Shown in pieces: positions 18,915 through 30,300 of a DNA stretch of 64,000 bases. The notes under the pieces are model-generated. The model did not search any database. It was not told the DNA's origin and saw nothing but the letters and a program-made list of their open reading frames with translations. The stretch's first letter is position 1; the number at the start of each line of letters is the position of its first letter. Origin of the DNA: a virus; the IMG/VR virus record IMGVR_UViG_3300034691_000040, positions 62,848 to 126,847 of that record. One strand, written 5' to 3'. Made by a program: the position numbers and the translations under genes.

Positions 18915-21900
18915 TCAGGTTACAGCCCCGGTACGTCTTGTGTTGATGGGCTCTTTGCGTGCAGGTTCGAACTGGCTTGGCTCAGGTGCCTGCTTTCCAG
19001 ACCCGGAACTTTTATTGATCATTTCAATCAACTGGTTCCGAATGTCAAGGATGTTGGTGTCCATCGACTGCAGTGCCGTCAACTGTTGCTGCATCAGAAC
19101 GCTAACGCTCTCCGCAGATTCAGCTTGCTGTTTGTAGTTCTTATCCACAGTGTCCTTTGCAACCGCCCGTGTAGCTGACGGAGTTGGGGCACTCTGCGGA
19201 GGAGCTTGAAACGAAGGCGCCGCTGTACCATTATCGAAGTCACCCGCTGGCGTAGCTTGAGCCCCACCAAACGCACCGGCTCCAGGAGCTGCACCATTTA
19301 CCTCTGCCGCTACATCAGACGGGACAGGGGCGCCGCTAGCTGCAGTCGGGGTAGACGCCGCAGGACTGCCCGACGCACCACCATTTGCTGCTGCTGCCGC
19401 ATCACTTGCAGCAACGGCCGCACCTGCGGAAGTCGGACCGCCGCCATCTGAACCATCACTGGCAGTTGCACCAGACGACATGATTGGCAATCCATTAGCA
19501 TCGGTTTTAACACCAATACCACCCTGTGGTGCTTTTTCCGCACCAATACCGGCTTTCTTACGGCCGATCTGGATACGACGCTGGAGTTCCTGCTTGACCT
19601 CACCAACTGTCCGCATCCGCCCACCTTCCATGAAGACAGATTGGTTGTTTCTGATCGCCGCATCGCTAACGTACCCAGCTGCGGATTCGTTATTAGGTGC
19701 TGGCAAGAATCGCTTCGCACCACCGAGACCCAAGAAGTGAGCTGCGTAAAGGTCGACGTCGCTGACGTTACCGCCAAGCATGCCAGTGAGCCCTTCGTAG
19801 TTCTCTTTCAGGTAGCACGCACCCAAGATGGCGTTAGCACGAGGATCGGACGGCGGGGTGTTTGGAGCAATGCCGTACGTATCGCCGTACTTGGTCAGCA
19901 TGTCACTCCAGGTACCCGATACGAATTGGAACAAACCAAACGCGATACCCGAAGAAGCAGTAGGGTCCATCCCGGATTCTACCGCTGCGACGTTGAGTGC
20001 AATCTCCGGATCGAAGCCAACCATGTTAGCCGCTTGAGTGATGATCGGACCCATGGCTTCCACACCTTTGCCGGTGTTATTAGGGAGCGAGTTAATATCG
20101 CCACCTGTACCACCGCCTGGATGTTTCACCTGCGTCCCTGCCGGACCGTTCATCAACATGGCACCGGTGCCATAACCGACCGACTGACCTTTAGCCCCAC
20201 CCGCTACTGCGCCTTGACCATAGATCTTAGCGTAGTTGCCGAGAGTAGGACCTGACTGGTTTACCCCGGAACCTGAAGCGTTTGCACGCTGGTTACCGAG
20301 CGCTGTGTTAGTCAGCGTTTTGCCGTAGTCATTAGGGTCTTGGTTCTTCTGAGCCTCCATCCCTTTAACGTCGAGTACTTTAGCGGTGTCTTCCCTGTCC
20401 AACGCATCGATGTAAGCTTTGGTAGCACCTGCCATCGATTCAAGCATCTCACCCGGCCATGGCGTATTACCCACTTTCCAGACTGTGGTTTCACCCATCG
20501 GTGTATCAACAACTGTGCGGGTCATTTCATCCAGCACTTGACGCATGGCTGGTCCAGTCAAGTTTCTCGCAGCATCTTTAGCGTCACCGTTATAACGACG
20601 GCGTACAGAGATAGCGTATTGCAGGAAGGCGGGAAGGAAACGGAACCTTACCCACTTCTGCACGTCGGCGCGCTCGTTTTCATTAGACGGCTTGAAGATG
20701 TCGATTACTCGGGCTTCAAGGTCATCCGTGTTACCATTGAGCGTTGCCTTACTGGTCCCCATGTAGGTGAGGACAGGCCAGTAGATCTCTTCCACTTTCT
20801 GAAGCTGGATACACTTGGAAAGTTTCATCTCCTTTATACCGTACGTGATGTAACGCACAGCGGTTGGGATATCGAGACTTGTCTGGATGTTAGCCGCGGA
20901 TGCAACCCCGGCAGTGCCCATTGACATACGACCGGTACGTAAGGTTTGCTTAATAATCAAACCGCGAGCGATTTGGTTAGCGTCCCCTGTACCACCTGGC
21001 GTAACCGCAACCGTTGCGGCCTGGATTACACCGGCTGGGTTACCGAGACCAACGGCCATATCCGTTCTGGCCTTTTTCTCATCGTTAGCGGTTTTACGTT
21101 TACCCTTCACCATTTTAATAGCGCTGTCGACATCATCCGCGTCTTCAGTCAAATCGCCATCAAAAGGAGAGGTCGCCAAGTCATTGTACATGGACTGCAT
21201 GCCGGTGGCGTCAACAATGCCGAGGAAGGCGTCCAGATCACTGTCACCTATGCCTGTGTCGACACTTGTGAGATCTGTGGTCTTCCGGATGCGCAGCATG
21301 GCAGCGCAGTGAGCCAAGTAGACGGGTTTGAAGCGGTTCTGAATCCAGCTGAAGAGTTTATTCCTTCTCCCTTCATCTGTCGCGTCAAAGAGTTCAAGAA
21401 TCGAATTCAGTTCCATCTTGCTTGGATCAAGCTGTGGGTTTCCGCTACTGTCTACAACCGTACCCCGTCTCACGTTCCCTTCCAGCTGGATCATGGCGTT
21501 GACACGTTTTTCATCAGTTGGGTTAACACCGTACTGAGTCATCCGAAGATAGATCAGCGGGTATTCTTTAGCCTGTTCTGATTTGTAGTACTTGTAACCA
21601 CCATACGCAACCGCACCGACGGCAAGAGCACCGAGCACCACAGGTGCTGTCAGAAGACTGGCAAGACCAACAGCCGCTTCGGTAACGAATGGAGCGGCTA
21701 CAGTAGCTGCGGCCCAGGCTCCTCGCCCTAACCAACTACCCGCTTTAAGCAATGAGGCACCGCCCGGTACCTTCCGCATAAGTCCGCCAGCTTTTCCTTT
21801 TAGCCAACCGCCAGCCCTAGCAAGCTTCCCTACCTTACCAGCTTTGCCAGCTTTCCCTTTACCTCCCTTGCCGGCGTCTGCGATATCTGCAATATCGCCA

Positions 21901-24900
21901 GCATTTTCCAACATGCCGTTTTCACCAGCTTCTTCGGTCGTCTCTCTGAGCTCTTCCAGCTTCTCATCGAGATTCTTGTTCATTTTCTTGATGGCGTCAA
22001 CAATGCTCTCAGCGCCTTCCATAGCGCCTGCGCCTACAGCGCCAGCTTTTGCAGCCAGCTTGTCTTTACGGCGTTTGAGGATGTCCTGCCACGACCAATC
22101 ACGAGTACCGTCACCATCGTTATCACCGTGGACACCTTCCTGGTCCCAACGGGATTTCATGAACTCAAGAATCTGAATCTGCGTCTGAAGCTGATGGCTA
22201 CCGATCTCTACAGCAGCGAGCGACATTTCGTCATCAAGCATCCCAACGGCACCGTTTTTGAAACGACCCATTACGAAGTTCTTAATGCCGCGGCCAATAC
22301 CACCGACCATTTTAGCGATTCCTTTATAGAACCCCATGGCCTTTTGACCGTACCACTTAGCCGCCTTACCTGCCATGATCGCAGTACGTGCCGACATGCT
22401 GATCAGCCCACTACCAACGGTGTACAGCAGCGACCCATTGACGGTGTAAAACGATTTGTACTTATCAATCTCATCCTGAGAAACGATTTCCTTACGGTTA
22501 CCCTCATCGTCCATCTCGTAGACTGGACCTTTGATATCCTTAAGGGTTGTGATCACAGCGCCAGTGGCAGTGCGGTACGCCCCTTTCTTCATGAGGACCG
22601 AACGGATACGAGGCTCAGTGTCACCTGGCAGGTATGCGTCGAACTGAGTGAACTGGTCAAGCACCACCCGTCCGACCGCTTTGCCAACTTTCCACATCGT
22701 GCCGTAAGTGCCGCTGATGTAAGCTTTTGCACCACGGGCTAACAAACCACCCGCTGAAAGACTGAGGTGTGAGAAATAACCAGCCAGGGATTCACCAGTG
22801 CCGCTATAAAGGCCAGCATCGATATCTTCCTGAGTCAGTACCACCTCATTGGTCCGAACGTCCTTAACGGGACCTGTGATGTCTTTAAGCTTAGTGATCA
22901 CTTTCTTGCTGTCGATATCGAAGTAGTAACCCTTACGAATATCGCGAGCCAGCATGATCGGAATGTCATCACCAGCCTTGTGGATGTCGCTGATGCCAAA
23001 ACCATCCAGAGCTTTGAATGGGAACTTAGCCGCACCCCACACGGCTTTAGCTGCCTCACTTGACCCACCGAAGATAGCGCCGTAACTAAACTTCAAATAC
23101 TTGCCAAACATACTCCCTGCTTTAAAAAGAGTATTCTTAGCAGCACGGGCAGTACCACCGGCACCTTCACGGATACTCGCATCGTACCACCGGCGCTTGA
23201 TCTCAGCGATTTGTTCAGCGATGGCATCGTCCATGCTACCGCCACCACCTCCGGCATCTGGAGCGCCATCGGGACCTGGCGCTCCACCGCCACCACCGCC
23301 TTTACTACCGGCGTTAGGGATTAGCTGAGCAATCAGTTCAAGCAACTGACTACTCTGCCCACTCAGCCCAATGATGGCATCCAAGCGAGAATGGGTTCCT
23401 TCGTCCTTCACGTTGAGGATTTCAGGCCATTCGATCTGAACGGCTGGAGTGCCATTGGAAGGACCCGAAGGTTTACCAACAATAGACCGGCCGAGGTTAC
23501 GGGTGAGTGGTTGATTGAAGACGTCAAGACCATTGTTATTAGCGCCGGTGCGAAGCTTCTCTTCCTCATCCGCAAGTTTTTTCTTTTTAGCCACCATGAG
23601 TACACGCCACTGTTCTGGCGTCATGGCTTTCTTAAGCTTCTCCTCATCTTTAGGGTCGAAGTCATCGGTGCTGTTAAGAATGAGGTCATAAACCTTATCA
23701 AGGTCGATCACATCACCGCTGCCATTGAATCGACTCAGACCCAGCTCGCGCCAAGTCCTACGACCAACCACGCCAGATAGCTTATCCATCCGCGTACCAA
23801 ACTCTGGCAAACGGGATTGGATTTCAGAAAACCTGTCACTTACATCGAGACGGTGTTTTTTGGTTTCCTGAGACTGATCCATTTGATCGCCAGACGGAGA
23901 CAGTCCAAACTTATTGGCGAAGAACTCGATCAGTTCATTGGCAATATCTTCAGGTTCATTCTTCCACGTTTCGATTTTAACGTAACGGGCTGGTACGAAC
24001 CTGTGTGCGTTAGCCATGTCTTTCATCAAGGCGCGACGTAGAGCTTTCTTCGCGTCCAGCGAAAGATCACTTGCACCCATTTGACGAAGCAGACCATCGA
24101 CGCTTTGACGAAGTGCGTCACCACCACCTTCCAACAGAGCGTTTTTGACGTGCTGTTGATTCAGGGTTGACCGGTTAACAAAACCGCCGGAGTAATGACT
24201 GTACGCAACCTCTTCATGGTCCTCGCCAGTCACCAGCACTTTCAAAGACCTGTCCATGCTGGCCATGAGACCAGGCATGATGTCAGTCACGGACTTGTAA
24301 AACAGATTGTCCATGTACGCAGGTTTATCAAGATCGGTGATCGCCGTGCCTTTAATGGAACTGGTAGCTGAATAGGTATCCAGCATGCCTTTAAGCGATT
24401 CTTCAGCAAGCCCTACCCAGTCAGACCGAGTCCCTTCCGACTTAGCGTATTCGTTCAACCGTTGTGGAATAGACGACAGGATATCGCGCAGGGTGTTATC
24501 GCCCTTTGCCATGTGCTTGTTGTTTTTAATGTTTACGCCATAACGGTCAGACAGCAGACTGATCAGGTACTCAACGCCTTGGGCCGCGGCTTGACCTGCG
24601 AACTGACCCAACATGTCACCAACCATGTGACTCTTAGACATGCCAGGCATGTCCATGTCCTTAAACATACTGAACGCGTTTAGACCGGCCCCTAATGCAT
24701 TGCTGGCGTTATCCTTCATCCCGCCAAAGTACTTGGTGGTGAAGTTGTTTACAGAGTCAATAGCACCACTGGCGAGTTTAGTCGACAGTTGCTGCTTCAA
24801 CACCTCACCATGCGTCATCTTGGCGAAGTCAGGCAGTGCCGTGTTCTCAAGGATCTTTTCAAACTGCTGCTGGCTTTTGGAGAAGTGCTCTCTTTGCAGA

Positions 24901-25598
24901 GCAAACATCTTCATGTTAACGTCGAGTTGACGATAACCAATTTCCAGATTCTTCTGATGGTATTTGATCAGGACATTATCCTGATACCCTACCAACCGGC
25001 CAATGTCACGACCAATGGAAGTTTGGACATGCATGTCCAGTTCAAAACGTTTCTGATCACGGATGTCACGAGCGGCACCAGCGTACGTGTCTTGCAACTG
25101 CGCTGCGGACTGGGCTTTGAACATAGCGCCCAAACCCGACAGGTTACCCTCTAATTCGCTGGGCGAAGAACCGCCGTACGAAGAGCCCGAATCAGAGTCC
25201 TGAATAGCGTCTCGTGCACTTTTAGGCAGAAACCGCATAAGCAGACTTTTATCTTTATCGGCGCCAGCCTTAAGCTTTCTAAGGTATGGATCAAGCTCCG
25301 ACTTGTTATCTTTCAGAATACTGGCAATACCGCGATCCACGGCATCGTATGTATTGAGGGCCTGAGTATAACCCTTCGGAAGTACTCCGGACAGCATACG
25401 CCGCACAAAACTGCGGTCGATAAGTCTGTCTTTAGACGTCTTTAAAAAACTCTCCGCTCCCGCATGAAAAGGCGTACGGGTACCTTTTTTCTTTGACTTC
25501 CCCGCTCCGTCGCCAAAGGCGTCGAAATCCATGTCTCCAAAGTCGAGCTCATCGAAGTCTGGTGGCTTGGGGAGATCATGGTCATCTTTTTTAGCCAT
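18915..25598 (-). CDS. Tail tape measure protein with C-terminal lytic transglycosylase domain (phiKZ gp181-like)
   Basis: 2227 aa; SLT motifs AAVESGMDP, GLFQF, YAAHFLG; Gly/Ala-rich linkers; divergent from vRNAP beta'. Confidence 0.9.
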   Translation of the reverse strand: MAKKDDHDLPKPPDFDELDFGDMDFDAFGDGAGKSKKKGTRTPFHAGAESFLKTSKDRLIDRSFVRRMLSGVLPKGYTQALNTYDAVDRGIASILKDNKSELDPYLRKLKAGADKDKSLLMRFLPKSARDAIQDSDSGSSYGGSSPSELEGNLSGLGAMFKAQSAAQLQDTYAGAARDIRDQKRFELDMHVQTSIGRDIGRLVGYQDNVLIKYHQKNLEIGYRQLDVNMKMFALQREHFSKSQQQFEKILENTALPDFAKMTHGEVLKQQLSTKLASGAIDSVNNFTTKYFGGMKDNASNALGAGLNAFSMFKDMDMPGMSKSHMVGDMLGQFAGQAAAQGVEYLISLLSDRYGVNIKNNKHMAKGDNTLRDILSSIPQRLNEYAKSEGTRSDWVGLAEESLKGMLDTYSATSSIKGTAITDLDKPAYMDNLFYKSVTDIMPGLMASMDRSLKVLVTGEDHEEVAYSHYSGGFVNRSTLNQQHVKNALLEGGGDALRQSVDGLLRQMGASDLSLDAKKALRRALMKDMANAHRFVPARYVKIETWKNEPEDIANELIEFFANKFGLSPSGDQMDQSQETKKHRLDVSDRFSEIQSRLPEFGTRMDKLSGVVGRRTWRELGLSRFNGSGDVIDLDKVYDLILNSTDDFDPKDEEKLKKAMTPEQWRVLMVAKKKKLADEEEKLRTGANNNGLDVFNQPLTRNLGRSIVGKPSGPSNGTPAVQIEWPEILNVKDEGTHSRLDAIIGLSGQSSQLLELIAQLIPNAGSKGGGGGGAPGPDGAPDAGGGGGSMDDAIAEQIAEIKRRWYDASIREGAGGTARAAKNTLFKAGSMFGKYLKFSYGAIFGGSSEAAKAVWGAAKFPFKALDGFGISDIHKAGDDIPIMLARDIRKGYYFDIDSKKVITKLKDITGPVKDVRTNEVVLTQEDIDAGLYSGTGESLAGYFSHLSLSAGGLLARGAKAYISGTYGTMWKVGKAVGRVVLDQFTQFDAYLPGDTEPRIRSVLMKKGAYRTATGAVITTLKDIKGPVYEMDDEGNRKEIVSQDEIDKYKSFYTVNGSLLYTVGSGLISMSARTAIMAGKAAKWYGQKAMGFYKGIAKMVGGIGRGIKNFVMGRFKNGAVGMLDDEMSLAAVEIGSHQLQTQIQILEFMKSRWDQEGVHGDNDGDGTRDWSWQDILKRRKDKLAAKAGAVGAGAMEGAESIVDAIKKMNKNLDEKLEELRETTEEAGENGMLENAGDIADIADAGKGGKGKAGKAGKVGKLARAGGWLKGKAGGLMRKVPGGASLLKAGSWLGRGAWAAATVAAPFVTEAAVGLASLLTAPVVLGALAVGAVAYGGYKYYKSEQAKEYPLIYLRMTQYGVNPTDEKRVNAMIQLEGNVRRGTVVDSSGNPQLDPSKMELNSILELFDATDEGRRNKLFSWIQNRFKPVYLAHCAAMLRIRKTTDLTSVDTGIGDSDLDAFLGIVDATGMQSMYNDLATSPFDGDLTEDADDVDSAIKMVKGKRKTANDEKKARTDMAVGLGNPAGVIQAATVAVTPGGTGDANQIARGLIIKQTLRTGRMSMGTAGVASAANIQTSLDIPTAVRYITYGIKEMKLSKCIQLQKVEEIYWPVLTYMGTSKATLNGNTDDLEARVIDIFKPSNENERADVQKWVRFRFLPAFLQYAISVRRRYNGDAKDAARNLTGPAMRQVLDEMTRTVVDTPMGETTVWKVGNTPWPGEMLESMAGATKAYIDALDREDTAKVLDVKGMEAQKNQDPNDYGKTLTNTALGNQRANASGSGVNQSGPTLGNYAKIYGQGAVAGGAKGQSVGYGTGAMLMNGPAGTQVKHPGGGTGGDINSLPNNTGKGVEAMGPIITQAANMVGFDPEIALNVAAVESGMDPTASSGIAFGLFQFVSGTWSDMLTKYGDTYGIAPNTPPSDPRANAILGACYLKENYEGLTGMLGGNVSDVDLYAAHFLGLGGAKRFLPAPNNESAAGYVSDAAIRNNQSVFMEGGRMRTVGEVKQELQRRIQIGRKKAGIGAEKAPQGGIGVKTDANGLPIMSSGATASDGSDGGGPTSAGAAVAASDAAAAANGGASGSPAASTPTAASGAPVPSDVAAEVNGAAPGAGAFGGAQATPAGDFDNGTAAPSFQAPPQSAPTPSATRAVAKDTVDKNYKQQAESAESVSVLMQQQLTALQSMDTNILDIRNQLIEMINKSSGSGKQAPEPSQFEPARKEPINTRRTGAVT

Positions 25599-25663
25599 TA
25601 CGTCTCACTCAACATAAAGGGTGGCTATATGGGTCATACCACTTCGACACAGGGACATTGTCC

Positions 25664-27334
25664 ATGAAAACCGATGTCTTACCCGCACTGATCTGGATTC
25701 TCCACACGGAGGACAGTGACTTAGCGCATCTTGCGCCGATCACCCGTTTGGACATTACTGAAGGTGCCAGCACCAACTTCCACGATGATGGGTTGTTCTC
25801 CACCCGCATCTTTGGACCAGTGGGTTCTGTTCAGCGGGACGAAGTCTTTGCTAAGCTTAAGTTAAACGTCCGGGTTCTACACCCGAAGATTTATAGAGAC
25901 CTCATTAACCTCAAGGCTCTTTATAAGGAGATTCTTGAAGGTTCTCGGACTGCCAAGTTCAATGACGTCGAAGGGGACTTCTATCCAAGCGTTGATGCCG
26001 ATGCTGAAACAGGTTATGCGTTCTTTATGTTCCACCTGGATAAGCTCAAGCTCAAACGCACTGAATCCCCAGCCCGTAACGAACGCATTGATTTCCTTGA
26101 ACGCTGGTGGCATCGTAAGACGCTAACCAACCTGCCGGTCATGCCAGCAGGACTTCGAGACATTGAAATCGGTGAAGATGGTCGTTGGACAAAGCATGAA
26201 ATCAATGACTTCTATTTCCGGGTCATGTACACCGCTTTGAACATCGCTCAAAACCGTGACACTGAAAACGTCATCTACGATAGCCCTCGGTTGCTGTTAA
26301 CCAAAGCTATCTATGAAATCTATTCTTACGTCGAACGCATCATTGGCGGTAAGAGTGGGTTCATCCGTGATAAGTGGGCGTCACGCCGTGTGCTCTACGG
26401 TACCCGTAACGTTCTGACATCCATGGAGACGTCGGGTTACAGCTTGGAGTCCCCTAACGTACCGGCATTTGATGCGACCGTTCTAGGGACCTTCCAGGCG
26501 GCTGTAGCACTGGCGCCAGTTGTGGTCTTCTGGATGAGGACTGGGTATCTGTCCAAGATCATGACGGCAGGTGATGGCGATGTGATGCTGGTGAACACCA
26601 AGACGCTCAAACCTGAGTGGACTTCGTTATCGCCCACCATGCGAGATCGCTGGACAACCTTCGACGGACTGAGGGAAGTCATTAACAGCCTGGTCGACAT
26701 CGAAGCACGACATCGTCCTGTGATGATTGGCGACCATTACCTGTCGCTGGTCTATAACGGTGAAGGTGTCTTCCGTGTTTTCGACGACATTGACGACCTA
26801 CCAGAAAACTTCGATCGTAAAGATGTGCACCCAATGACATTGATCGAACTGATCTACTTGTCGGGTTATTCCAAATGGGTCAAGTACTTCCTTGACGTGG
26901 TTCGTTATCCGATCAATGGTGATGACTCCACTTACCCTTCACGGATGCACGTCAAGACCACTTCTGTGGGCGAGATCCGTCGTGAGCTGGACACTGGCTG
27001 GATGCCACTTGAGGGCGATGAGTACTTGGCGGTTGAGTACCCCAACTATACTCTGCGCGGCTATCACGATTCTGAGTCACCTGCTCCAAGTCGCCTTGTA
27101 GGTCTGGGTGCTGACTTTGACGGCGATACAGGTTCTGGTACAGCTGTCATGACGAACGATGCTTTAAGAGAAACAGAGAAATATCTTTCGACGCGTGAAG
27201 CCTGGGTAAAACCATCGGGTGAACCGCGTGCTCAGATTGACTACGATACTGCTGACTTTGTGATCAAGAATCTGACTGGACGGTTCAATCACGTTAAGCA
27301 GGCAAGTCACAAGGCATTAGCTCAAAAGGGGTAA
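25664..27334 (+). CDS. rpoC: Virion RNA polymerase beta' subunit, N-terminal/catalytic fragment (phiKZ gp180-like)
   Basis: DGLFSTRIFG, LPVMPAGLRD, GKSGFIR, RRVLYGTRNV, catalytic GADFDGD (27107-27127). Confidence 0.9.
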   Translation: MKTDVLPALIWILHTEDSDLAHLAPITRLDITEGASTNFHDDGLFSTRIFGPVGSVQRDEVFAKLKLNVRVLHPKIYRDLINLKALYKEILEGSRTAKFNDVEGDFYPSVDADAETGYAFFMFHLDKLKLKRTESPARNERIDFLERWWHRKTLTNLPVMPAGLRDIEIGEDGRWTKHEINDFYFRVMYTALNIAQNRDTENVIYDSPRLLLTKAIYEIYSYVERIIGGKSGFIRDKWASRRVLYGTRNVLTSMETSGYSLESPNVPAFDATVLGTFQAAVALAPVVVFWMRTGYLSKIMTAGDGDVMLVNTKTLKPEWTSLSPTMRDRWTTFDGLREVINSLVDIEARHRPVMIGDHYLSLVYNGEGVFRVFDDIDDLPENFDRKDVHPMTLIELIYLSGYSKWVKYFLDVVRYPINGDDSTYPSRMHVKTTSVGEIRRELDTGWMPLEGDEYLAVEYPNYTLRGYHDSESPAPSRLVGLGADFDGDTGSGTAVMTNDALRETEKYLSTREAWVKPSGEPRAQIDYDTADFVIKNLTGRFNHVKQASHKALAQKG

Positions 27335-27340
27335 TGATTC

Positions 27341-30300
27341 ATGGCCGAATTATTGGCTTACGACAGATACCGACTGCGCTTCACATTGTGGAAGACCAGT
27401 CAGTTGCAAGCGCCAGTCGTTTATCCGATTGCCCGTCTGCAGTTACCGAAGATGTCTGTCCTGCACTTTGCTCCAGCCGATGGTGTCACCATGGGTCCGC
27501 AAATCAGCGACCCATTGATGCGCTCAGTCCCTGGCGTGATCTACATCGATCACGTCAAGCAGTATGGTCAGCCTGAAGGCAACCCGATCCGCACGTTCAG
27601 TCAGGCTGACACGCTGATCACGCAGTTTCGTCAACGTAACCGGGCCTTCCGTCCTTTAAGGAAGTTAGACCGCCTGGAGACAGACCAGCGTACGCTGGTG
27701 GTTTACAACTATGCCCTGCTGAGCCACATGGTTCGGTACGCTACATCGTTCAGGGCTGGCTGGTACATGTGGCGGAACGTGTACGCTGAAGTGATGAACA
27801 ATATCAATGCTCTCTGCGAAGAGAGTCAGCGACATCATTTCATCGAACTGCCTTTGCCTGAAGTAATGCCTGGGCTGGGTACCTTGCGTACGTTCTCGAC
27901 GCGTCAAACTGCTGACGTACTGAACAGTCTGCGCGATGATGGCTCTAAGCAAGTTGCTGACCTGTTTGTCTGGGCTGGTAAGTTGCGTGAAAACAGTCTG
28001 CTCAGTAAGATCAAGCCTGAAAACTACCCGAAGGTAAACATCATCATTCGCCGACTCAATGGCTTTGTGGTGGTTAACCTTGGCTGGTTGGACGGTCTGC
28101 GTAAATCAGACGATCCTGCAGTAAAGAACAAAGGCGTGTCTTACGACCCAGCCATGTTCCAGCTTCTGCTGCTGAAGTTTCTGACCACACTGCATCAAGC
28201 AACATCCCCTATCGAAACCGACCTCAAAAACGAGGTGGTTGAAGAACCTGTAGTTGAGGTGGATGTTGATGGCGTTGGCTTGGACGACCTTGAGCTGACA
28301 GCGGAGTATGACGAACTTCCACCGTCTGATGAATTGGACGATGATGACGTCACGATTGCAGCGCTTGAAAAAGAGCTGGAAGAGTTGGATCTGCTGAAGC
28401 AGCGCGCTATTGATGAAGCAATCCAGTACGATGAAGATGGCGAGAAGCTTGAAACCAAAGCAATCGACATCAACATGCTGGCAGCAGATAAAGCCGCTAA
28501 GACGACAGGTTCGCCTATTGTCGATAAGGCTAATGAACTGGCAGGCAAAGGACTGCTGACGGCGGCCGAACATCGCCGACTGGAACGCATCTCCGGTATC
28601 TTCAAAACCCTACCTAACCCGTTCGGTGGCGAAGGCACTCTGGTTGACGCGATCGAGATCCCTCAAGAAGATATCGAGATCAAACCAACCGTATTGGCCG
28701 ATGCCAGCACACTCATCGACAAATCGTTGGCTGTCTCGAAGACCGACACGTTTGAACGCCAGTACCTTGAAAAGGTGTTGCGTAAAGACATCGTTCGGTG
28801 TGTTGCTGCTATCCAGAAAGCTCCGGTGGCGATCACCAGCTACTCGATCAACCGCTTGACGGATGCCAGTAACGATCAGGAGATCCACTCGTTTAAAATC
28901 ACTCCCGCTGTTGGTGAGTCGTCTACGGTGTCGTTCCCACTTCCGGTTGTAAAGCCAGATGGGTCGTTTCTGTATAACGGCACTAAGTACCGGATGCGTA
29001 AGCAACGTGTGGATTTGCCAATCCGTAAGTTGTCACCAGTACAAGTGGGGCTGAGCAGTTATTACGGCAAGGTCTTTATTGAGCGTTCTGAACGTAAGAA
29101 CTTCAACTACGAAAAGTGGTTCATGGGTCAGCTGATTATCAAGGCGCTCGATCCTGAAGATCCAAACGTTGGTAAGGCCATGCTCAGTACAGTGGCCGAT
29201 TACCTGATTGATGTGCCAAAGATGTACACGTCGATCTCTGAACGCATCATGTCGATGGTTTGCGGAAAGAACCAGCTGTGGTTTGATCACAAGCGTCGGG
29301 TTGAGAAGTTCAAGTACACCGCTGAACAACTGGCCTTTGAAAAGAAAGGTTGGGCACTATGTGGACAAAATGATCAGGGCCAAGCTTTGATCATGGACAT
29401 CAACAACATGATCTACCGAATCGTCCCAGACAAACAGGGCGGTAGTCTTCAGGAAGTCGGTACGATCAATGACCTGACCGGCATCACCGAAGACACGGGA
29501 ACGCCGATCAGCGCGATTGAAGTCAAAGTGTATTCCAAGAACATCCCCATGGGTTTGGTTCTGGCTTACCTCCTGGGCTTTAATAAGCTGCTGGACTTGC
29601 TCAAAGTAAAACCTCGTCGTGTGTTGGCGGGTGCTCGCTTGAATCTTGAGCCGCACGAATACGCCATTCGGTTTGTTGATGAGTCGTTGGTCTTCAGCCG
29701 TAAGGACATCGTTCCATCGCTGATCCTGTCAGGTTTCAATCTGGCTAAGGATGCTGTCCGTAACTACAGTGGTGCAATGTTCGATGGCAAGGATGTCTAC
29801 AGTGCGATCTTTGATCGGTCCGGCATTGGTTCCAGGTTCCTGCGTGAGTTGGATTCGTTGGACACCATGTTTGTCGACCCTATCACGGAAGATCTGCTGA
29901 AATGGATGAAGGAGCCAACTGAGTTCACGGGTCTGTTGGTTCGGGCTACGGAGATGTTGGTTAACGCCAAGGTCGACGAAGCACGTAAGGATAAAGATGG
30001 TGTGGTAGAACTGCTCGAACGTGTGCGTGGCTATGAGCGTATTGCTGGGATGGTGTATGAAAACCTGTCCAAGCGTGTGCGTGAATACAACGCCCGTGCT
30101 TCAAGTGGCCGTGCCAGCATCAAGATGAATCCGAACGATCCGATCAACATGCTGATCAAGGACCCTACCACTTCGCCTGTCAACAACATCAACCCAATTC
30201 ACGCTCTGCGCGAACGGGAAGTGATCACCTTTGGTGGTCGTGGTGGTCGTAGCCGTCGGGCGATGGTGGCAAGGACTCGTTTGTACAAACGCACTGACAT

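Noticed and set aside
21700-21870. GK/AGK repeat in the tape measure protein as a DNA tandem repeat
   Set aside because: Low complexity at protein level with variable codons; not a nucleotide repeat array.
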